Virus record (IMG/VR): IMGVR_UViG_2541047837_000005
Coordinates: 1-14,373 of that record
DNA from: a virus
Lineage: Duplodnaviria > Heunggongvirae > Uroviricota > Caudoviricetes
DNA: 14,373 nucleotides
Strand: one strand, 5' to 3'
The notes under the pieces are model-generated. The model saw nothing but the letters and a program-made list of their open reading frames with translations, had not been told where the DNA came from and made no database searches. Shown one piece after another: positions 7,205-13,377 of the stretch. The position numbers and the translations under genes are program-made. The first letter of the stretch is position 1, and each line of letters begins with the position of its first letter.

Positions 7205-8290
7205 ATGGGTTACGAAGTTGATTTCTTAGCAGTTGGAGAAAAAAAAAGTGGAGATGCTATCTGCATAAGATGGGGCAACCTCCACGGAACAAGAGCAGAG
7301 CAAAAAGTTGTCGTAATTGATGCGGGGTACGCAAGCACTGGTCCACAAATAATTGAACATTTACAGAAATACTATCATACAAATACTATTGACTTACTCA
7401 TATCCACGCATCCAGATAGCGACCATGCTGGCGGCCTTGAGCATGTGATTGAGAATGCGGAAGTCAAAGAGTTCTGGATTCACCAACCTTGGGAGCATAA
7501 TGAAAATCTCGCGCAGGAATTTGCTGATGGAAGGATAACAGATGCAAGTATTGCCAGACGTATACAAGATAATCTACAAAAAGCCTATGATGCCGTCAAA
7601 TCAGCGAAAAAAAAAGGAATAGAAATTAAGGAGCCTTTTCAAGGCAGGACTTGGGACAATTCTAAACTGGTTGTTATTGGACCAACACAAGCATACTATG
7701 AAACATTAATCCCCGATTTTGCAAGAATGCCTGAAAAAGCAGAAACAACTGCAACCAGTGGTACAGATGCATATAACTACTTTTTTGAGAAAGCCAAAGA
7801 ACAAGTCGAGTATATTGCTGATTGGTTCTCTGATGAGGGAATTGATGACAAGGACACAACTACTGCACAAAACAATTCAAGCGTTATATTAAAAATTGAA
7901 ATTGACAATAAAACACTAGTATTTACAGGTGATGCAGGAATAACTGCATTAGATATGGCTGCTGATCATATAAATAATAACTCATTATCATTTATTCAAG
8001 TGCCCCACCATGGAAGCAGGAGAAACATCGGTCCAGCGGTGCTAAATAAGCTCGTTGGAAATATTGTAAGCGAAGGAGGAAGAAGTGGTGTTTGTGCATT
8101 TATATCATGCGCACCGGATTCCGATAAACACCCTCATCAAGCGGTCATTAATGCTTTTACAAGGCGTGGAGCCAAAGTAGTCGCCACAGAAGGCACCAAT
8201 AAACGCCATTCTAGTAATGCCCCCGCCAGAGATGGCTGGACTGCAGTCACCCCACGCTCATACGCAAGGAGTTATAAGACTGAAGAATAA
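7205..8290 (+). CDS. Metallo-beta-lactamase-fold hydrolase, ComEC/Rec2-like nuclease-type domain, 361 aa; cargo gene
   Basis: Motifs AVGEKKSGDAICI...VVVIDAGY, STHPDSDHAGG (His69/Asp71/Asp73/His74), LVFTGDAG, VPHHGS, and C-terminal HPH...VATEGTN, typical of ComEC-type MBL domains; about 35% GC in sampled lines; GAAGGG ribosome-binding site; position of old in P2. Confidence 0.75.
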   Translation: MGYEVDFLAVGEKKSGDAICIRWGNLHGTRAEQKVVVIDAGYASTGPQIIEHLQKYYHTNTIDLLISTHPDSDHAGGLEHVIENAEVKEFWIHQPWEHNENLAQEFADGRITDASIARRIQDNLQKAYDAVKSAKKKGIEIKEPFQGRTWDNSKLVVIGPTQAYYETLIPDFARMPEKAETTATSGTDAYNYFFEKAKEQVEYIADWFSDEGIDDKDTTTAQNNSSVILKIEIDNKTLVFTGDAGITALDMAADHINNNSLSFIQVPHHGSRRNIGPAVLNKLVGNIVSEGGRSGVCAFISCAPDSDKHPHQAVINAFTRRGAKVVATEGTNKRHSSNAPARDGWTAVTPRSYARSYKTEE

Positions 8291-8295
8291 TTCGT

Positions 8296-8317
8296 TAAGC
8301 TGCCTTAGGGCAGCTTA
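8296..8317. terminator. Hairpin TAAGCTGCC-TTAG-GGCAGCTTA between the convergent cargo genes (candidate bidirectional terminator)
   Basis: Perfect 9-bp stem with 4-nt loop starting 6 nt after the MBL gene stop, AT-rich on both sides; the stop codon of the minus-strand gene lies in the loop. Confidence 0.5.
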
Positions 8318-8793
8318 TTATTAGCCTTACTCACTCTTAATGTAATAAACTTAATTTGCTTAACGTACGACACAATAAAAACAAAAATCAAAAACAATGA
8401 AATCCATTTCGACGCCATGTAATCACCACCAACTACAAACGAAACAAAAAACAAAGAAAACAAAAAAACCAAGGACATAGAGAATAACGTCCTATACATA
8501 TTTGCAGTTTCTTGAAGAAGCTCTATTTTATTATCCTTTCTACATGCTGAGATATATTCCTCATATGGAACAAATTTTACCAGCCCCAAAAATTTCAACA
8601 CAGGCTCAAAAACAATAGACCCAATCCTTCCGATAATTATCCCCGTAAAATAGTAAAGTACCACATTCTTAACAACATCATCTGTGGATAATATCACATT
8701 GGTTGCCCGCTCAAACAAATAAATAAATAAAGCACCGGGAAAGAGATTGTTAAATATATTATAAGACGATATTTTTTCCCATAAACCATCCAT
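8305..8793 (-). CDS. Small multi-pass membrane protein of unknown function, 162 aa; cargo gene
   Basis: Three to four hydrophobic stretches (GALFIYLF; VVLYYFTGIIIGRIGSIVFEPVL; LFSMSLVFLFSLFFVSFVVGG; WISLFLIFVFIVSYV); ATG at 8793 with AAAGGTG ribosome-binding site (the track ORF starts at an upstream GTG); AT-rich. Confidence 0.65.
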   Translation of the reverse strand: MDGLWEKISSYNIFNNLFPGALFIYLFERATNVILSTDDVVKNVVLYYFTGIIIGRIGSIVFEPVLKFLGLVKFVPYEEYISACRKDNKIELLQETANMYRTLFSMSLVFLFSLFFVSFVVGGDYMASKWISLFLIFVFIVSYVKQIKFITLRVSKANNKLP

Positions 8794-8878
8794 ACAACAC
8801 ACCTTTTAACCAATTTTAAAGACGCCATTTTCATCAAAAGAAACAAAAATAGCAAGAACATCAGAACAAACTCTTTGA

Positions 8879-8891
8879 ACACCTGAAAATA
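8879..8891 (+). repeat. Right copy of imperfect 13-bp direct repeat ACACCTGAAAATA flanking the AT-rich cargo
   Basis: 12 of 13 match to 6906-6918; about 90 bp upstream of the membrane-protein start. Confidence 0.3.
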
Positions 8892-8908
8892 TTATGTTCC
8901 GACACCAT

Positions 8909-9061
8909 TCATTTTGTAAAAGCAGAATATCCCAAACACACATCGATTGTAGGATATATAAACGTCTTCCTGCCATATGTTATGGTAGCCCCTCGCGCCA
9001 GCGCCTCAAGCTCCCATCGCTGCGGCCTGATACCGTTCTGAGCAAGGTCAACGCGGATACT
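8909..9061 (-). pseudogene. Possible out-of-frame C-terminal remnant of replication gene A (...IRVDLAQNGIRPQRWELEALARGATITYG...)
   Basis: ORF in a different frame continues directly past the A stop (9048) to 8909 with GC content like the P2 core; assignment to the A C-terminus is from imperfect memory. Confidence 0.3.
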
Positions 9062-10766
9062 CGTTAACGTCATCCGACGGGCTACGGGCGACTCTGACAG
9101 TCTGACAATCGCGCGGAACATTTGCCCCACCCTGCGCGCTGATATACAACGCAAAATCACCACTGTCTGCGGCGGCGCGTGCAGCCTCGACGCGCTCGTC
9201 AAACTCATCAGCAATGCTGACGCCGCGAGGCAATTTGCGTAGTTCACGGTAAGCCCCCATTGTCGGCAGGCCAACCGTTTTAAATTGCGGAATGCGCCAC
9301 GTTGACGCCCATGCGGTAACAGCCGCGGCAGTATCTTTCAGCGGTCTGCCGGTATCGTTATCGAGCTGCCCATCCAGTGCATAGCCGTCGATATTTTTTG
9401 AGATGTATTTCGCGATATACCCCGCAGCACCGCCCCGGTTAAGATGTTTTGCCTGAAAACGGTTTCGCGCGGCTCCTCTTTCGTCGCCATCCTCTTTGAG
9501 CGCATAGCGACGCATGATTTCGATAATCTGGTTACGCTGGCGTGGATTACAAAAAAGCATCATATGCCAGTGCGGCGTTCCGTCGTGGTGTGGCTCGACG
9601 ACACGCAAACCGTAGGCCTGTAAATCATTATCCTTGAATGCCGTGCGCATCAGGCTCCAGATACGGCAGAGATAACGCTGCGCATCCTTTGGATTAAATG
9701 CCTCATCGTTCCAGCCGTGATTAAGCTGAACGGTTTTACTTTCGCCTTTTCCGACCTGACGTGTCGGGTGATACTTTGACGGCGCGGTCAGCGTGATAAA
9801 CATCCCCACATCACCCTCTGCAGCGGCGTAACGCTCAATACCGGCAATGGTGTTCATCAGCTCCATCCGGCGAATTTCAGGATTAGAAATACTGCCCATC
9901 ACCTTACTGATAAGGTCGATGCGCTCGCCGGTTTCCTTATTTTCAAGGTCACACGATTTAAGAAATTCCAGATTTGCCTGGCGGCGTGCACGCACATCAC
10001 GAATGGCATGTTTACTGGCATAAGGAGAACGGTCTTTATTGACCTCCCCGACAGCAATCAGTAACGCCTCATGCCAGCGCATACGCTGGCCTTTAAGCTG
10101 ATGAGTCCACCACTCATCGTTAAACAGACGGGCAATGGCAGAATATGCCTGCCTCGTGGTCATCTGCCCTTTACGGTATTTTTTCCAGTAGAGAGGGGAA
10201 ATATTGAAAGCTCGTGCAGCGCCAGCAACATGACCATACAGGTGAGCCTGCGCCTCATCCGTAAACAGCGATTCTTTCTCGCCATGCGCATCCACCCAGG
10301 CATCGCAGAGTTCCTCATACATCATGAAAAGCTGTGATGAGATACGGGCGGCAAACTTTTTCAGCTCCTTGTCATTCATTCCAGGCAAACGCGCATAATG
10401 GTCACGCTCTGCCAGAAACAGCAACGACGCGTCGGTGTTCATTTCATGGCGCTGATTCACACGCTCAATGCGCGGCCATAAACGACGCTGAAAAGTGGAT
10501 GTGAGGAAATAAAACCCGTGCACCGGGCTTTTATTGCGCCGGATGTAGTCATAGCGTGAAGTAAACAGCGAGCGCAAAAAGTAAGGCAGGCGATTAATCG
10601 TGGATAAAACACCTTGCACCTGACGCATCTCGTCACGTGTAAGGGGTCTTTCGCGCCCGACGGCCTCGCGTGGCGCGTTCCATGCATAAGCACCGGTAAA
10701 CGTCTCACCGGTGCCTGCGGCAAATGCTGACGGAGGGACAAAACGCCCGGAGGCTTTAACGGCCAT
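9048..10766 (-). CDS. A: Rolling-circle replication initiator gpA, C-terminally truncated (572 aa from the ATG versus about 761 in P2)
   Basis: MAVKASGRFVPPSAFAAGTG start at the internal ATG 10766 (the track ORF begins at an upstream TTG); HWHMM metal-binding motif and GYIAKYISK active-site tyrosine pair present; ends abruptly ...SDDVNEYPR. Confidence 0.85.
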   Translation of the reverse strand: MAVKASGRFVPPSAFAAGTGETFTGAYAWNAPREAVGRERPLTRDEMRQVQGVLSTINRLPYFLRSLFTSRYDYIRRNKSPVHGFYFLTSTFQRRLWPRIERVNQRHEMNTDASLLFLAERDHYARLPGMNDKELKKFAARISSQLFMMYEELCDAWVDAHGEKESLFTDEAQAHLYGHVAGAARAFNISPLYWKKYRKGQMTTRQAYSAIARLFNDEWWTHQLKGQRMRWHEALLIAVGEVNKDRSPYASKHAIRDVRARRQANLEFLKSCDLENKETGERIDLISKVMGSISNPEIRRMELMNTIAGIERYAAAEGDVGMFITLTAPSKYHPTRQVGKGESKTVQLNHGWNDEAFNPKDAQRYLCRIWSLMRTAFKDNDLQAYGLRVVEPHHDGTPHWHMMLFCNPRQRNQIIEIMRRYALKEDGDERGAARNRFQAKHLNRGGAAGYIAKYISKNIDGYALDGQLDNDTGRPLKDTAAAVTAWASTWRIPQFKTVGLPTMGAYRELRKLPRGVSIADEFDERVEAARAAADSGDFALYISAQGGANVPRDCQTVRVARSPSDDVNEYPR

Positions 10767-11031
10767 ATGAGCCAAAAGCCTCTGAACAACGCTTGCTGAG
10801 TTGCTCAACCTGCGCGTTTAAATCAGCAAAAGACTTTGCGCTTCCGGTCAGAATATCGTGATGCATCAGGCCGGAAACGAGCTGGCTTAATTTCGGGTAA
10901 TAACCAACCACCGCCAGCCATTCCTGACCGGCGTTTTTACCGCTTTCCGCTCTCTTTTTCTCGTGGAGAATAAACTGAAAGCTGTCACTGGTAACGACAT
11001 AACGTTCGCCAATTTCAATACGAATACTCAT
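10756..11031 (-). CDS. Hypothetical early-operon protein, 91 aa (P2 orf83-like by position)
   Basis: ATG with GGAG ribosome-binding site 8 nt upstream; overlaps the A start by 11 nt; between the zinc-finger ORF and A. Confidence 0.55.
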   Translation of the reverse strand: MSIRIEIGERYVVTSDSFQFILHEKKRAESGKNAGQEWLAVVGYYPKLSQLVSGLMHHDILTGSAKSFADLNAQVEQLSKRCSEAFGSYGR

Positions 11032-11252
11032 GCTGTTCTCCAGTAATGTTTGTTTTTTGCTTCAAAGACTGACTGACAGGAAACACAACGCGTGGCTGAC
11101 GGATAAGCCGCACGACGGGCAGCAGGTATTGGCGCATCACACTCTTCGCAAACCAGCGCAGAAGCACCACAATGTTTTACCCTTGCCGCGTTAATCTGGC
11201 GCTCCAGTAATTCAGCCTGTTGTTCCTGAATAAAATCCACGTTGTCCGGCAT
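11028..11252 (-). CDS. TraR/DksA-type C4 zinc-finger protein, 74 aa (P2 orf82-like)
   Basis: CGASALVCEECDAPIPAARRAAYPSATRCVSCQ gives a CxxC...CxxC arrangement; coupled to flanking ORFs by start/stop overlaps. Confidence 0.65.
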   Translation of the reverse strand: MPDNVDFIQEQQAELLERQINAARVKHCGASALVCEECDAPIPAARRAAYPSATRCVSCQSVFEAKNKHYWRTA

Positions 11253-11554
11253 TACCAGCTCCTTTTGTCGTTCAGTTTCTTAAATTCATCAGCGCAATAG
11301 CTGGTGATTTCTGTCGTTAATTTTGTCAGTTCATCCACGGAGGAAATTTGCTTGTGAAATACAGCGCGTTTAACAAGTAAATTGACCACATCAGACAGGA
11401 GGTTTAATTCACTCTGATAAATCGCGATAACAGATTCAGTTATTTCGCGTTTTTCTTTATCAAGCCTAAGTTGAATAAGAGACAAATCGCCATTTTTCAT
11501 AACGACGATTTTTAAGGCATTGTTCAGTAAAACAACTGAACGAGAACAGGACAT
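11252..11554 (-). CDS. Hypothetical early-operon protein, 100 aa from the ATG (P2 orf81-like by position)
   Basis: Track ORF starts at TTG 11557; ATG at 11554 overlaps the upstream stop by 1 nt; co-oriented within the B-to-A operon. Confidence 0.5.
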   Translation of the reverse strand: MSCSRSVVLLNNALKIVVMKNGDLSLIQLRLDKEKREITESVIAIYQSELNLLSDVVNLLVKRAVFHKQISSVDELTKLTTEITSYCADEFKKLNDKRSW

Positions 11555-11778
11555 CAAAGCACCTCCCCGCGAGACAATCCGATGTTGTGAAATTTTTCCG
11601 ACTCCTGACTGAGCAGCTCGACTATCTCCACGCGGGATAACTCCGCCTTTGTGATGTGGCGAATCATGGCGTCAAGATGAGAAGAAAAGCGCGTCGCAGC
11701 GTCGGCCTGTGCTTCGGTTCTGGCCTGTTGCAGCAGTAATGCGTATTTACCGCACTGATTTTCAGAAACTGTATGCAT
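11554..11778 (-). CDS. Hypothetical early-operon protein, 74 aa from the internal ATG (P2 orf80-like by position)
   Basis: Internal ATG at 11778 has a GGAG ribosome-binding site 7 nt upstream; the track ORF extends to 11811. Confidence 0.5.
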   Translation of the reverse strand: MHTVSENQCGKYALLLQQARTEAQADAATRFSSHLDAMIRHITKAELSRVEIVELLSQESEKFHNIGLSRGEVL

Positions 11779-11841
11779 GACTTTCTCCAGGCAAAAAGAA
11801 GCCCCGCACAATTAAGTGCGTTAAAAACTCTGGTTAATTAC

Positions 11842-12342
11842 TTAATGCAGATATTGCTCTGGTTTTACCGACGTCAGAATTGTCGGTGCATACTCAAACA
11901 GACTGAATAATTCACGTAATGCACGGAATAAAGCATCACGCCAGTAACATGATTCTTCATTAATTCGCCAGTATGGCTGGTTAAATTCTTTTTCTGTCAG
12001 TCGTGCGTGCATAAATAAAGTGCGACGCTGACTGACTGTTAAAAAACTAATATATGCATACTCACTTGCGCCAACCTGACGGCGTTTTGAGAATGCCCCA
12101 CGCAATTCATCAATTGCACATACCAGTCGTTCACGTTCGACGTCGTTCATTTCTTCAAAACGCATCGTTGCGTGACGCTGTTTTAACTGAGCATGGAAGC
12201 AAACCGTTAACCGTTCGCGCTCCATCATCTGATTATAATAATCACATGTATCCTGCCAGCGAGGAACGGCAAGATGCTTACCAATTATCCGGCGCATAGC
12301 TGCTGGCTGTTTTTCAACGAGATTGAGCGTCATCACTGTCAT
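11842..12342 (-). CDS. B: Replication protein gpB (helicase-loading accessory), 166 aa
   Basis: Length identical to P2 gpB (166 aa); position between the orf78-like gene and the small early ORFs; ATG at 12342 overlaps the upstream stop. Confidence 0.75.
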   Translation of the reverse strand: MTVMTLNLVEKQPAAMRRIIGKHLAVPRWQDTCDYYNQMMERERLTVCFHAQLKQRHATMRFEEMNDVERERLVCAIDELRGAFSKRRQVGASEYAYISFLTVSQRRTLFMHARLTEKEFNQPYWRINEESCYWRDALFRALRELFSLFEYAPTILTSVKPEQYLH

Positions 12343-12575
12343 TTCCAGACCCTCCGGCTTTTCAGAAAGGTCAGAGCCTTTTTTACCGGACTCTGTTTTT
12401 TGGTGCGGATAATGATTCCCTTACGCCCCTTACCGTGGGTGATGGTGAAGTCAATCGCCCTGGGGCTTTCGTTACGCAATAACTGAGCAATACAACGAGG
12501 CTCGTTCATCCTTTCCACCTTAAGCCGCACGGCCATGTCTTGATTTGCTGTAACTAATGCGATTTTTCCAGTCAT
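12339..12575 (-). CDS. Hypothetical protein, 78 aa from the internal ATG (P2 orf78-like by position and length)
   Basis: Track ORF of 86 aa starts at TTG; from the ATG at 12575 the product is exactly 78 aa; lies between cox and B. Confidence 0.45.
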   Translation of the reverse strand: MTGKIALVTANQDMAVRLKVERMNEPRCIAQLLRNESPRAIDFTITHGKGRKGIIIRTKKQSPVKKALTFLKSRRVWK

Positions 12576-12891
12576 GCCATTCTGTCGGAGCTTCATCAAC
12601 TAGCTGGGCTGCGTACTTGTCCCACTCACGGCGATTAATCCATAATTCAGCTTTCCCTCTTGGTTTTAATGGGTCTGTCATGTAGAAGGCTGGCAGCTTT
12701 CCTGCTTTAGCCATTTCAGCCACCGCGCGTGGTGTCTTACCGATGTAAAGAGCAAAACCTTCTTTCGACAGCAAATCAGATGGGCGCTCTGAAATCTGAA
12801 TGCTTTTACGTTTGGCTTCATTTTCGAAACTTGCCTCATCGCTAGTTGGACAAGAAATTTCTACATTTGTCGTCACTTTGCTATCCTCCAT
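12520..12891 (-). CDS. cox: Cox/Apl-like helix-turn-helix excisionase and lytic-switch repressor; ORF is 123 aa, longer than the 91 aa of P2 Cox
   Basis: First gene of the early operon, divergent from C; helix-turn-helix-like segment FALYIGKTPRAVAEMAKAGKLPAFYMTDP resembling the Cox GKLP..MTDP region; ATG at 12891. Confidence 0.6.
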   Translation of the reverse strand: MEDSKVTTNVEISCPTSDEASFENEAKRKSIQISERPSDLLSKEGFALYIGKTPRAVAEMAKAGKLPAFYMTDPLKPRGKAELWINRREWDKYAAQLVDEAPTEWHDWKNRISYSKSRHGRAA

Positions 12892-12984
12892 AAGATTTGC
12901 GATTCACCAACTGGAGCCATCTAGAGCCTTTTTGAGCGAATCACAAATTGCCAAGTAACAATATAATTGGAGATTAGCAAAATT
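12892..12984. promoter_or_regulatory. Immunity switch region between cox and C with repeated GCGA(T/A)TCAC motifs (12899-12907, 12936-12944) and TATAAT at 12962-12967
   Basis: Divergent intergenic region at the expected Pe/Pc position; two copies of a 9-bp motif 37 bp apart; promoter elements read by eye only. Confidence 0.4.
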
Positions 12985-13284
12985 ATGTCAAGTGAACAAA
13001 GTGAGAAACTAAAGCTCATCCGTGAATCCGAACGCCTTAAAACTAAGGAACTTGCTGAATTAATTGGAATTAATTACTACACATATCATGGATATGAATC
13101 AGGAAAATCAAAAATGCCTATGGAAGCAGGTATGAAGCTGTTTAAGCATCCACGCTTTCGCAAGTATCGTGACTGGTTCATGTTTGATGAAACAGATCCA
13201 GCAGCTGGACAAATAGCCCCGGCTCTCGCACACATTGGGCAAGACTCAACAACCTTGCACCACTCAGACCAGAAGACTGGCTGA
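12985..13284 (+). CDS. C: Immunity repressor C, 99 aa
   Basis: From ATG 12985 (the track ORF starts at TTG 12967): helix-turn-helix LKTKELAELIGINYYTYHGYESGKS and C-terminus GQIAPALAHIGQDSTTLHHSDQKTG resembling P2 C; 99 aa as in P2; upstream of int. Confidence 0.8.
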   Translation: MSSEQSEKLKLIRESERLKTKELAELIGINYYTYHGYESGKSKMPMEAGMKLFKHPRFRKYRDWFMFDETDPAAGQIAPALAHIGQDSTTLHHSDQKTG

Positions 13285-13377
13285 CGATTTATTCAGCATA
13301 TGTGTGTAGTAAATGTACGAAAGAAAATTGCATTAATTTTCAAGTAGTAGAAGTAAACAGCGTCATCGGAGGGCTTT

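Noticed and set aside
7674-7859. 61-aa minus-strand ORF inside the MBL gene
   Set aside because: Antisense to a gene with clear motif support; no ribosome-binding site noted.
8694-8882. 62-aa hydrophobic minus-strand ORF overlapping the start of the membrane-protein gene
   Set aside because: It overlaps the membrane gene in another frame, and its hydrophobicity reflects the T-rich strand composition; the ATG at 8793 with a good ribosome-binding site explains the region better.
10071-10789. Track ORFs 10071-10337 (plus) and 10457-10789 (minus) within gene A
   Set aside because: Embedded in the A coding sequence in other frames; A is supported by catalytic motifs.
282-10808. N-terminally extended versions of ogr, L, X, O, P and A reported by the ORF track (for example 1-282, 1613-2182, 3795-4715, 4793-5560, 9048-10808)
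   Set aside because: The extensions start at upstream ATG, TTG or GTG codons without ribosome-binding sites; the internal ATG in each case has a Shine-Dalgarno sequence and reproduces the expected P2 protein length.
12054-12486. Track ORFs 12054-12299 and 12274-12486 (plus) antisense to B and the orf78-like gene
   Set aside because: Antisense to the co-oriented early operon; no start signals.
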